From a virus, in the IMG/VR virus record IMGVR_UViG_3300044996_000496, positions 1 to 64,000 of that record: a DNA stretch of 64,000 bases. The stretch is one strand, 5' to 3'. Under the pieces are notes generated by a model that did no database searches, was not told the DNA's origin, and saw nothing but the letters and a program-made list of their open reading frames with translations. Numbering within the stretch: the first letter of the stretch is position 1; the number at the start of each line of letters is the position of its first letter. Both the position numbers and the translations under genes were made by a program. This document shows, piece after piece, positions 1 to 8,235 of this stretch.

Positions 1-375
1 ACCCCCCCCCATGCTAACATTTGTTTCATGTTTAAAGCTTTAAAAATCAACCTGGGTTGGTCATCTAAAAAAATTTCCCCCTCTTTTCCTGTTTCATTTT
101 TTATCCATCCAGCCCGCTTCAATTCCAAAAATCCTCTCATAACTCCATTACACCTTTCTTTCTTCCCTCCTTTTGTTCTGGCCCCAGGCCCCTCAACCCC
201 TTCTCGCCGCTTATCTTAACTTTCCCTTTCTTTCCCTTGACAGACAATCCCTTCCTATTATAGAACCTACTCCCCCCGTTTCTGCTAATTGGCGTTTTCA
301 AACTTAAAATCAAAAAATCTTTCATCCTAAAAAAATTTCGGGGACTATTTTTTGTTTCTTGATTTATATTAACAG

Positions 376-477
376 TTAACTAGAGTTAAATTAAGTCGTG
401 CTCAGTAGGCAGTTTATCGAGGTGGAGACCGTCCATTTGGCTTCTGGAGGTCAAACTCAAGAGTTGATCTAGATCAA
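376..477. repeat. Cluster of short palindromes in the non-coding left end
   Basis: TTAACT-AG-AGTTAA (376-389), AACTC-AA-GAGTT (454-465) and perfect TTGATCTAGATCAA (464-477). Confidence 0.55.
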
Positions 478-606
478 GTATCAGTAACCAACAAAAAAAA
501 GAAGTGGAAAAAAAATCTGGTAGCAGTATAGAGTCTTCTCTTCTATCTCTCTCCTTGGCCCTCTCCTCCCTACTGACTAACAATAGAACGGTGGGGAGGA
601 TAAATT

Positions 607-1284
607 ATGAGTGTCAAGATTAAGGAGATCGGAATGAGTAGCCATTGGTCAAAGCGTCTTATATCTTTTGGCGTCCCAGAGGAGATTGTTGAATGGGCGC
701 AGGCTCAACCGGATTTTGCGACTGCGTGGCGTGAGTGTAAACGTGGAGATTGGATGTTATTGTTGATAGCGCACATAGATCAGTTTTTGGACGTCGATAG
801 ACTTCCTGTGCGAGCTAACGCCTTTGCCGATGCCGTTCATGATGCCGTTCTCGAAACCGACACTGCTCACACTATGACTCGCAACGAATGGCTTGCGCGT
901 CTTGCGGAAATCGTACGACAACATTTCTCAAATTTTGAGTTACCAAAAGAAAAAGTAATTGATGACGGATTGCGCGAAGCTCTTAAGAAAGCGAATTTCG
1001 AGTGTGTTAGCATGGTCGGGATGTTTTCTGAGGAATTCGACATTTTCGAGCGTCACATTCGGTGGTGGCATGGGCCGATTATCGATGAATTAGAAGATGA
1101 GATTACCTCTCTCCGCATTAAAATTGCTGAATACGAAGAATTGATGAATCTACAGCATGAACGCACTGCCGAAGCAGATAGATTATGGCAAAAAGAAAAT
1201 GGAAAAGAAAATGTTCTGCCTGACTTGGGGACTCTTATTGAATGGTTAATGAAACGAGCCGACCGGAGGACTGTTAATTCATGA
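607..1284 (+). CDS. Phage hypothetical protein, probably composite
   Basis: 225-aa ORF with GGGGAGGA RBS; N-terminal AWRECKRGDWMLLL motif; central segments shared with the 2089..2286 gene. Confidence 0.75.
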   Translation: MSVKIKEIGMSSHWSKRLISFGVPEEIVEWAQAQPDFATAWRECKRGDWMLLLIAHIDQFLDVDRLPVRANAFADAVHDAVLETDTAHTMTRNEWLARLAEIVRQHFSNFELPKEKVIDDGLREALKKANFECVSMVGMFSEEFDIFERHIRWWHGPIIDELEDEITSLRIKIAEYEELMNLQHERTAEADRLWQKENGKENVLPDLGTLIEWLMKRADRRTVNS

Positions 1285-1394
1285 AAAAAAGTACAAGAGA
1301 AACAATATTTAGTATTTTTGTTATTTTGAGTATTCTTTCTTTTGCGGGGCTGGCTGTCACTATTGTGAAAGAAATAGTTAAAAGTGTAAAATGA
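1281..1394 (+). CDS. Small single-TM membrane protein (37 aa)
   Basis: Manual translation MKKSTRETIFSIFVILSILSFAGLAVTIVKEIVKSVK; GGAGG RBS; ATGA overlaps on both sides. Confidence 0.6.
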   Translation: MKKSTRETIFSIFVILSILSFAGLAVTIVKEIVKSVK

Positions 1395-1717
1395 AATACA
1401 CAAAAAAACAAATCAAGGTTATGCGTGCTCGCCTTCAGGAGTACGTGGACATCGGGTGGAACGCGGGGGTGGAGCCGCTTCAGGTGTGCCCGTTCTGCAA
1501 TCTGTTCGGCCCGAAACCTGGGAGTGGGTGCGGCTACTGTCCGGTGTATGGCGGGTGGGGCTGTAACGACTTCACCCCGATGGCTCGTCGCGAGCTGATC
1601 ATGGCCGCAGGCACGCGCTACGAGGAGGCGCATCGCGAGGCCGCTCGGGAGCATGCTCATTGGATGGTGCGTTGTTTCAACGTCGCCGACGAGGGCGGGG
1701 AATGGAGCATCGAATAA
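1391..1717 (+). CDS. Cys-rich (putative Zn-binding) hypothetical protein, paralogue of 5183..5524
   Basis: CPFC/CGYC motifs; shares RLQEYVDIGWN and ADExGEWSIE with 5183..5524. Confidence 0.75.
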   Translation: MKYTKKQIKVMRARLQEYVDIGWNAGVEPLQVCPFCNLFGPKPGSGCGYCPVYGGWGCNDFTPMARRELIMAAGTRYEEAHREAAREHAHWMVRCFNVADEGGEWSIE

Positions 1718-1908
1718 AACTAAAATCGTGCCCGTTCTGCGGGAGCAGTGGAACGCTCAGTTACGAAGCGAGTGGTGAGAAAGGTGTCCGGGTCATCTGT
1801 AATGCGTGGAAAAGTTGTTGTGCCTAGGGTCCAATTGGGTTAACCGAAAAAGAAGCGGCATTGGCCTGGAACCGCCGGACGGGGAGTGGGGTGAAAAGCA
1901 ATGAATGA
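1702..1908 (+). pseudogene. Lar-family restriction-alleviation-like Zn-finger gene with in-frame TAG at 1825-1827
   Basis: Manual translation MEHRIKLKSCPFCGSSG...VICNAWKSCCA*GPIGLTEKEAALAWNRRTG fits the LKxCPFCG...GP...EA..AWNRR pattern on both sides of the stop. Confidence 0.7.
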
Positions 1909-2092
1909 CGGCCAGGGAGATGCGACCAACACCTGTTCCTGCGGGTACGATCTCCGCGTGACTGTCCATTGTGGAACGTGCGGGAAAATCTACTCGCGAT
2001 GTCTTGGATGCTACCTCAAGACGCGCATGAACCGATGTCAATGCGAAGGGCAGATCAAGAAACACCCCGATTACGCGGAGGAGTGGGCATGA
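1901..2092 (+). CDS. Small Cys-rich Zn-finger-like protein
   Basis: 63 aa with CSC, CGTC, CLGC and CQC motifs; overlaps neighbours. Confidence 0.6.
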   Translation: MNDGQGDATNTCSCGYDLRVTVHCGTCGKIYSRCLGCYLKTRMNRCQCEGQIKKHPDYAEEWA

Positions 2093-2286
2093 GTGACGAA
2101 TTGTGCGAAGCGCTTAGGAGAGCGAACTACGAATGTAAAATTGCCTCTCTCCGCATTGAAATTGCTCATCTGCAAGAGATCGCAAGAAAAGCTATAAGCA
2201 AGAATTCCGAGGAAAGTATGGTGGAGTATGTTCTAAGTCTTCGCGCCGCTCTTCGCGAGATAGCGGGAGAGGGAAAACCACGATGA
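2089..2286 (+). CDS. Hypothetical protein related to the middle of 607..1284
   Basis: ATG at 2089 after GGAGGAG; MSDELCEALRRANYECKIASLRIEIA. Confidence 0.65.
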   Translation: MSDELCEALRRANYECKIASLRIEIAHLQEIARKAISKNSEESMVEYVLSLRAALREIAGEGKPR

Positions 2287-2543
2287 ATTTGGCACAGAAA
2301 GCGGCCAAGTTAGACGAGGAAATAGAGTACATTGAGTATGAGTTTTCGTCGTACGAAATTGAACTTGCTAGACTTAATGCCATTCTCCGCGCTTTTCGAG
2401 AGGTGGCAAGAGAGGCATCAAGAAAGACGCTGCTACAACTCGTTCCAACTAATGACAACGTGATTGACCGCGTTCTCGCTGAAATGGAGTCGGAATCACC
2501 TTTTGCGATCTCCAGGGAGTTTGGTCTGGAACAAAAGCCATGA
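2283..2543 (+). CDS. Hypothetical protein
   Basis: 86-aa ORF with ATGA coupling; ends in KP. Confidence 0.65.
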   Translation: MNLAQKAAKLDEEIEYIEYEFSSYEIELARLNAILRAFREVAREASRKTLLQLVPTNDNVIDRVLAEMESESPFAISREFGLEQKP

Positions 2544-2701
2544 TAGAAAAAGTGCTTTTTGTAGGGTTGATGCTTGCGACTTTGGTTTTGCTTATTGATG
2601 CGCTTGAGTCCAGAACTATTTTGGCTTTTGCGAAGTGTGTTTTAGGTATGTGTATTTGTATTTTTTTGGCTGGGGTTGTTGCGACAAAACTCTTACAGTA
2701 A
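2540..2701 (+). CDS. Small two-TM membrane protein (53 aa)
   Basis: Manual translation MIEKVLFVGLMLATLVLLIDALESRTILAFAKCVLGMCICIFLAGVVATKLLQ. Confidence 0.6.
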   Translation: MIEKVLFVGLMLATLVLLIDALESRTILAFAKCVLGMCICIFLAGVVATKLLQ

Positions 2702-2729
2702 ATGTTTGGAGCAGGTCGGAGCAGAATCC

Positions 2730-2972
2730 ATGAAAGATTTTCGCGTTATTGTAACTCTAGAATCACGCAACGGACTTTTGATATCATCGCTTGAGGAAAT
2801 TGACCGCGAGAAAAACAGAAAGATCTCTTCCAGTACGGCGAGTGCCTTGGCTCTAGTAAGGGCTTGTCGAAACAGCAAGGAAAAAACAATCCGGCTATTA
2901 CAACAAAAATGCCTAGATGACTTCTTGCATTATGAACGAGAGTTAGGCGAGGTCATGGAGGAGAAGCCATGA
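2730..2972 (+). CDS. Hypothetical protein
   Basis: ATG 2730 after GGAG; ends EEKP with ATGA overlap. Confidence 0.6.
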   Translation: MKDFRVIVTLESRNGLLISSLEEIDREKNRKISSSTASALALVRACRNSKEKTIRLLQQKCLDDFLHYERELGEVMEEKP

Positions 2973-3148
2973 GGCGTAGATTCTGGGCTGTCGTCGAGAA
3001 GAGTACGGGGAGGGTGCGCATTGTAGCTCAACTGAATCTGCCCTCTGTTTACTGCACGAAAACGGATGCGCAATCGATGTGTCCTCCTGGCGGGGTGTAT
3101 GTTGTCCGAGAGGTCAATATCCTTGTCAAGAGAACTGGAAAGCCATGA
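2969..3148 (+). CDS. Hypothetical protein (59 aa)
   Basis: Manual translation MRRRFWAVVEKSTG...LVKRTGKP; GGAGGAG RBS; ATGA overlaps on both ends. Confidence 0.6.
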   Translation: MRRRFWAVVEKSTGRVRIVAQLNLPSVYCTKTDAQSMCPPGGVYVVREVNILVKRTGKP

Positions 3149-3315
3149 GTGCTTACATTGGGTACGTGATGCTCGTAGTTCTGCTTCTAGCTCTAATCCT
3201 GTCGGTGTGCCGTTCCGTTGGTGCAAGGCTGGCCGGGATCATGCTGGGTCTCGCGGTTGTCATTGTTGCGTGGTTTGTTGTGGCAGTCCGTTTGAGCATG
3301 GGGTCTAAACCATGA
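3145..3315 (+). CDS. Small two-TM membrane protein
   Basis: MSAYIGYVMLVVLLLALILSV...RLSMGSKP. Confidence 0.6.
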   Translation: MSAYIGYVMLVVLLLALILSVCRSVGARLAGIMLGLAVVIVAWFVVAVRLSMGSKP

Positions 3316-3473
3316 GCATTTTCATTGGGTATGTGATGCTATTCCTCGCTCTCGTCGTGCCTCTTGTTTGGAGTTCATGGCGAGAAAGAAGCGGGAAGTT
3401 TATTTTCTGGTTTTTGGTTTTTTTGTCTATATGGGTTATGATCGCTGCGAGGCTTATCGAGGGGTTTAGATAA
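3312..3473 (+). CDS. Small two-TM membrane protein, tandem paralogue of 3145..3315
   Basis: Manual translation MSIFIGYVMLFLALVVPLVW...IAARLIEGFR. Confidence 0.6.
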   Translation: MSIFIGYVMLFLALVVPLVWSSWRERSGKFIFWFLVFLSIWVMIAARLIEGFR

Positions 3474-3497
3474 GGCTCTGAGTGAAGGAAAAACCAA

Positions 3498-3818
3498 ATG
3501 TGTGAATGTTTGAAACGGGCCGATGGAACATGGCATGTTGATGAGTGTTGTGCTTGGCTTATGGACAACTGGCATGGTAAGGGACTTGAAGCCTATGAGG
3601 CTGGCTGGAAAGCTGCTTGTGAGGAATGCGCAAAAGCGTGTAGTACCGAAAAAGATATATTACAAGAACTACATGAGCGCGAGATAAAGACAGAACAGGG
3701 TACAATCTACTGCGAGGGCGCTTCAACCGGGGCTAAAATCTGTGCCGCGTTGTGCAACGCACTTGGAGAGCGTGGGTCGAAACAGGAGCCACAAACCGAT
3801 GCGAGTAATTACTTTTAA
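3498..3818 (+). CDS. Hypothetical Cys-rich protein
   Basis: 106-aa ORF with GAAGGA RBS. Confidence 0.65.
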   Translation: MCECLKRADGTWHVDECCAWLMDNWHGKGLEAYEAGWKAACEECAKACSTEKDILQELHEREIKTEQGTIYCEGASTGAKICAALCNALGERGSKQEPQTDASNYF

Positions 3819-3836
3819 ATTAAAAGAAAGAATAAA

Positions 3837-4109
3837 ATGAGATATCTTAATATTTATCTTAACTCAGCAATTTGTCCACAGTGTGGAGAAAGAGTACCAG
3901 TTTTTAGTTCTTTTGGGGGTTATATATTTGTTAAACACTCTATACTTGCAGAAGAGGAAGTTAGTTCAATTGCATCTATAGAAAAATTTAAATTATGTGA
4001 ACCAGAGGATGGGGTAGAGCGGCGGTACATGAGCGATGAATTGGTTGATTTTATTATCTCGACGCTTGAAAACAATAATCCATTTATTGCAGATGTTCAA
4101 TATGACTAA
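3837..4109 (+). CDS. Hypothetical protein (CPQC motif)
   Basis: 90-aa ORF within the gene run. Confidence 0.6.
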   Translation: MRYLNIYLNSAICPQCGERVPVFSSFGGYIFVKHSILAEEEVSSIASIEKFKLCEPEDGVERRYMSDELVDFIISTLENNNPFIADVQYD

Positions 4110-4166
4110 CGTTATTAAGTTTAACTGGGACAATATACAAAAAGAATACCTCAAAGGGCCGAGACC

Positions 4167-4625
4167 ATGAGTATGGAAAAGAAGTATTGTATAGCGTGTG
4201 TGCGTGGAATGGAATATCCCAAAGATCTTGTCTCTGCTACAACAAATGTAAAGAATATGCTTGATTCAATAGAAATAAGTATAAACATTTCCGATGGATT
4301 AACACTACTTATAAGTGGCTATATAAAAAATAACATAAACATGAAATATAAATGTGTTTTTGTTTATGAGTTTTCTAGTGTTAAATCTAAAAAAGATAAA
4401 AGGTTATCTACAGTTGAGAAACTATTAGTCGGATCATTTCATTTTGATGGATACGTAGATTTAGTAGACGATACAGATTTGTTGGAGAAAACTGTTCCAA
4501 GTCTTAAAAGTAAAGTAAAAGAAAAAGAAAAAGAATTTGCAAATCTAATGCAAAAAATTAAAATGCTATGTAGAGAACGCGATATTGATTTCAGAGAATA
4601 TTGCTCCCTACATTTTGGTGCTTAA
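4167..4625 (+). CDS. Hypothetical protein
   Basis: 152-aa ORF with C-terminal coiled-coil character. Confidence 0.65.
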   Translation: MSMEKKYCIACVRGMEYPKDLVSATTNVKNMLDSIEISINISDGLTLLISGYIKNNINMKYKCVFVYEFSSVKSKKDKRLSTVEKLLVGSFHFDGYVDLVDDTDLLEKTVPSLKSKVKEKEKEFANLMQKIKMLCRERDIDFREYCSLHFGA

Positions 4626-4639
4626 GGAGTATAAACAAC

Positions 4640-4936
4640 ATGGTTCTCTGTAGAAATTGTAAGTTTTGGGAAAGAATAGATAAAAATGATGAAAATTATA
4701 TATTTTGGAACATGGAATTAGAGAAATTTATTGTCCCGAGTCATATTGGTCGTTGTTTGAATGAAAAGTTCATTTATGCCGGGGATCTTATGGACTGGTC
4801 TGACGTTGATCTGGACGGTTTTGGCTATATTGATACAGAAGGGCGTGATGCTTACTTCGGCACTGGTGGACTTTTTGGTTGTATCCATGGGGAGTTGCGC
4901 GATACCGCATTAGACATAAATGACTTCAACGAGTAG
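4640..4936 (+). CDS. Hypothetical protein (CxxCxxW...GC.HG type)
   Basis: ATG 4640 after AAGGAG. Confidence 0.7.
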   Translation: MVLCRNCKFWERIDKNDENYIFWNMELEKFIVPSHIGRCLNEKFIYAGDLMDWSDVDLDGFGYIDTEGRDAYFGTGGLFGCIHGELRDTALDINDFNE

Positions 4937-4945
4937 GTAAGGACA

Positions 4946-5182
4946 ATGTACAAACAATTTGGGGAATGGGGAAAAACACATTTTGTTGTAGATAGTTATT
5001 TTTTCTTAAAGGAAAAAAATGGAATTGAAGAAGAGGTTACCTATGCAATTGGAACACCCCATATACATATATCCATAGCCACAAATGGAGATTGGAACAA
5101 TTCTATTTGTTTGTTTTTGAGTTTGTTTGTTTGGCAGGTTCGCTTTACTTTATACTTACCGTCCAAACGAAGGAAAAGCTAA
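4946..5182 (+). CDS. Hypothetical protein
   Basis: 78 aa; AAGGA RBS. Confidence 0.6.
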   Translation: MYKQFGEWGKTHFVVDSYFFLKEKNGIEEEVTYAIGTPHIHISIATNGDWNNSICLFLSLFVWQVRFTLYLPSKRRKS

Positions 5183-5524
5183 ATGCGGTACTCAGACGAT
5201 CAAATTGCGGTTATGTTAGAAAGGCTTCAGGAATACGTCGATATTGGTTGGAACAATACACCAAGACAACTTGGCTTGTGTCTATTGTGCCAATATATGA
5301 AAAATAGATCTGGATTTGACTGTGAAAAATGTTTTCCGTGCCCATTGGCTTTAAAAAATGGTTCGCCAGGATGTATGGGCAAACATAGACTACGTAGATT
5401 GTCCATACGATATTCGGGTGAGTCAAATGACTCTGAGGCCAGAAAAGCTGCTCGTATTCATGCCCGTTGGCTCATGAAATGCTATAATGCTGCGGACGAG
5501 AATGGAGAATGGAGTATAGAATAA
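5183..5524 (+). CDS. Cys-rich hypothetical protein, paralogue of 1391..1717
   Basis: Shared N- and C-terminal blocks with 1391..1717. Confidence 0.75.
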   Translation: MRYSDDQIAVMLERLQEYVDIGWNNTPRQLGLCLLCQYMKNRSGFDCEKCFPCPLALKNGSPGCMGKHRLRRLSIRYSGESNDSEARKAARIHARWLMKCYNAADENGEWSIE

Positions 5525-5571
5525 TATTTAAAAAATAACAAACTAAAATTACAACCTAAAAGGATAAAAAA

Positions 5572-6054
5572 ATGAAAGACAATACTGTAGTTTTCAACGA
5601 TGGCAAAGATGAAGATGCATATTATGATCCTACTGATTATTTTATTAGTGGATTTCGAGATGATCCTAGAAGAGCGTGTCATTTTCTTATATGCGTAATG
5701 ATAAAGTTGATGCATGAAAGCAACAGAAGTGCAATCAAGGTTACTAATGAGGATTTAGATCTTTTTTCTACTCGTAATATAGCTTGTGCAGGAAATGGAA
5801 AAGATTTTTCTATTATTATGCTTTTGGATGATAAGGATTTTGATGAGAACGATTGGGTCAATATGCATTTAATAAAAGAAAAACTTAAAGATGAATTAAC
5901 AAACAGTGACGTTGACGCTTTATTCGATCATTACGGAAGCCCGTTTGCCAGAAGAAGAAAAACGCCGCAAGAAATTGAGGAACAACGCCAAAAAGAGTTG
6001 TCTCAGTCTGGTTCTGATGACGGCAACGAGCAGAGGGGGCAGGGGGCTGACTAA
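5572..6054 (+). CDS. Hypothetical protein, paralogue of 10258..10635
   Basis: NIACAGNGKDFSI versus NIIIAGNGTDSSI. Confidence 0.7.
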   Translation: MKDNTVVFNDGKDEDAYYDPTDYFISGFRDDPRRACHFLICVMIKLMHESNRSAIKVTNEDLDLFSTRNIACAGNGKDFSIIMLLDDKDFDENDWVNMHLIKEKLKDELTNSDVDALFDHYGSPFARRRKTPQEIEEQRQKELSQSGSDDGNEQRGQGAD

Positions 6055-6149
6055 CAAAGAAAAGCCTTTGCAAACAAAGTGGAACCACTTGACCATTGTG
6101 GGGTACAAGTGTCAGGGGGCGACAGTGGGCAGAAAGGTGTTATTGTAAA

Positions 6150-6842
6150 ATGAATGTTCTGTTAACGCAATACAAATCTGAGTATCATAAAATTCCAAGT
6201 ATATTCAAAAGAAATCTAGAAACTAAAAAGTTTATTTTTGGACAATTTACCTCTCCTGAGCTTGAATTTTTAGCGAATGCTGATATTTGGTATGCAACGG
6301 AAAAAATAGATGGAACAAACATAAGAATTATTTGTGACATATCGGATAAAACTGGCCCAGATAGCGTTAGCATACAGTTTCTTGGGCGACATGATAATGG
6401 CCAAATCCAGCAGCCGTTAATCGGTAGGCTAAGTCTATTATTTGCAAATAGGCAATTAGATTTTCTAAACAAGTTTAAATGTGGACATATTGTACTTTAC
6501 GGAGAAGGTTACGGGCATGGAATTCAAAAATACGGAGATTTGTATAAACAGAATGACGTCGGATTTATTTTATTTGATGTTAAAGTAGATGGCTGGTGGC
6601 TCAGGCGAAAAGATGTGATTAATATTGCTGAGTTTTTTGGAATTCCATATGTTCCCACTCTTTTTATTGGAACTCTTAATAGAATCGTGGATGAAATGGT
6701 TGCAACTAAAGCAGATCAGATTGAGTCCCTTGTGTCCGAGTGTCCTCGCCCAATTGAAGGATTGGTGATTCGCCCTAAAGAAGAGCTGTTTACTCGCGGG
6801 AAACATAGGATAATAACAAAGATCAAGTATTCAGATATTTAG
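6150..6842 (+). CDS. ATP-dependent RNA ligase (Rnl2-like nucleotidyltransferase domain)
   Basis: Motif I TEKIDGTN, LYGEGYG..IQ, LFDV, EGLVIRP and terminal ITKIK. Confidence 0.85.
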   Translation: MNVLLTQYKSEYHKIPSIFKRNLETKKFIFGQFTSPELEFLANADIWYATEKIDGTNIRIICDISDKTGPDSVSIQFLGRHDNGQIQQPLIGRLSLLFANRQLDFLNKFKCGHIVLYGEGYGHGIQKYGDLYKQNDVGFILFDVKVDGWWLRRKDVINIAEFFGIPYVPTLFIGTLNRIVDEMVATKADQIESLVSECPRPIEGLVIRPKEELFTRGKHRIITKIKYSDI

Positions 6843-6866
6843 ATAAAAACACAAAAAGAACAAGTT

Positions 6867-6961
6867 GTTGGGGAGGGGGCAAAAAAGTGAGTTGGGTCTT
6901 GGTTGCCGGGATCGCTTCTTCCGGCCCCTATTTTGCCAAGCCTAACGCCCCCCTCCCCGAC
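6867..6961 (+). ncRNA. Candidate structured RNA (nested three-stem rod)
   Basis: 6867-6880 pairs with 6947-6961, 6891-6903 with 6935-6946, 6905-6911 with 6919-6925; G-U pairs favour the + strand; GC-rich island in AT-rich intergenic DNA. Confidence 0.5.
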
Positions 6962-6982
6962 TTTTGCGTTTAAGGAGAAAAA

Positions 6983-7288
6983 ATGAAAGTAGAGCTTGGT
7001 GAAGGGCTGTTTATAGTACAATGGAAGCATCGAAAACTTACAAAAGCAGAAGAGAGCGTCCACTGTAATAAAAATACAATTACTCATATAACAGAATGTG
7101 ATATTTTTGATGAAAGATATATTTTAATTGGTCATGGAGTTAGTCTCTGTTCTTCGGTTGACCAATTTAAAAAAAGTACAGGTAGAAAGATAAGTTTAAC
7201 AAGGGCTCTTAATGACGCCAATTTTTCAAGAGAACAAAGAACAGAGTTTTGGGACAGGTATATATGGCAAAACGGATGTAGAATTTAA
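6983..7288 (+). CDS. Phage hypothetical protein
   Basis: AAGGAG RBS; C...DQF.K..GR.ISL.RAL motif common in phage ORFs. Confidence 0.75.
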   Translation: MKVELGEGLFIVQWKHRKLTKAEESVHCNKNTITHITECDIFDERYILIGHGVSLCSSVDQFKKSTGRKISLTRALNDANFSREQRTEFWDRYIWQNGCRI

Positions 7289-7340
7289 AACAACATGATT
7301 ATACTGATAGGTTGTTCTATCTGAAGTAAAAGGAGTTAAG

Positions 7341-7589
7341 GTGAAAAAGCTAGTATTTGGAAAGCTTCAAAAAATTAAGCGTGTGTTGTTTTTCTCAACT
7401 GGTAAATGTGAAGTTTATGGAATGAACGGTAAAAGAATTGTAAAACTGGAAGAATCGTGGGCAAATTTATTTTGTAAGAATGCAATTGAAAATGGGTATG
7501 ATCCAAGTAATACAGAGGTACAATTTGCTCTAAATAATGGAAAGAATATAGAATTCGTTAATCGTGGAGATAGGTGGGAGTGGGAATAG
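7341..7589 (+). CDS. Hypothetical protein
   Basis: GTG start with AAGGAG RBS. Confidence 0.65.
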   Translation: MKKLVFGKLQKIKRVLFFSTGKCEVYGMNGKRIVKLEESWANLFCKNAIENGYDPSNTEVQFALNNGKNIEFVNRGDRWEWE

Positions 7590-7636
7590 TACACTAAAAA
7601 ACAAAAACACAATTAATAATTGAAAGAGGTTTACCA

Positions 7637-8005
7637 ATGCGCTGGTGTTACTATCTTCACACAAATGGTTCTCTTATAGGGAAAAATCCGATTGTACTTA
7701 AAGATCCAGATTACTTTGATTCTCCATTTGTAAAAAAACACTGGATTATTGACACGGAGAATAGGGCTGAAGCTTGGGATCTTGTTCTTGAGGCTATCGC
7801 CTTAGGCGCAGATAAAGATCGCTTACGAGAACTAGTTGAAAAATGGGGTTTAACAAAAAAGGATTGTAAGGAATATATCATTAGAACTCCTAACCCTACT
7901 CCGACTCAAAAGGAAGGTCTTAAGCTTTTTTTTGAATATATTTTGGATGAAGATATTAATAATTTTTTTGATGACATTGCGAAAACAGCGAGCAAAGTAA
8001 AATGA
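7637..8005 (+). CDS. Hypothetical protein
   Basis: 122 aa; GAGG RBS; WxYYLHTNG motif. Confidence 0.7.
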   Translation: MRWCYYLHTNGSLIGKNPIVLKDPDYFDSPFVKKHWIIDTENRAEAWDLVLEAIALGADKDRLRELVEKWGLTKKDCKEYIIRTPNPTPTQKEGLKLFFEYILDEDINNFFDDIAKTASKVK

Positions 8006-8235
8006 TACCAAGAAATGCAAAAAAAGGTAGAGTTGATCTGCCAAATGGATATAGTCTTTACTGGAAAGATAACGGTGTAGGTGGGAGAATTTATTATTCC
8101 GATGAAGTAGGTGGTGGGGTATTTTATTGGGATACTTCATCGGTAGATTGGTCTACTTTACTAACTGCCATTTCTCAAGAGCAAATATTGAAAGCAAAAG
8201 AAAAACATAAAAGAGGAGCAAAAGATTGTGTCTGA
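8002..8235 (+). CDS. Hypothetical protein
   Basis: 77 aa; ATGA overlap. Confidence 0.65.
   Translation: MIPRNAKKGRVDLPNGYSLYWKDNGVGGRIYYSDEVGGGVFYWDTSSVDWSTLLTAISQEQILKAKEKHKRGAKDCV

Noticed and set aside
1-600. Short ORFs at 28..219, 137..325 and 386..583
   Set aside because: Low-complexity translations with no convincing RBS or motif; the region is probably non-coding.
1825-1827. Genome-wide TAG recoding (code 15 or pyrrolysine)
   Set aside because: Long genes have no internal TAG, and RNA ligase, thyX, dut and TMP end at TAG at their expected C-termini; only one interrupted gene was found.
1391-5524. Diversity-generating retroelement TR/VR pair
   Set aside because: Differences between the paralogues are not adenine-specific, and no reverse transcriptase is seen.
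6867-6961. tRNA or SRP RNA
   Set aside because: No cloverleaf or T-loop; the minus-strand CCGGAAGAAGC only loosely resembles the SRP motif, and pairing favours the + strand.
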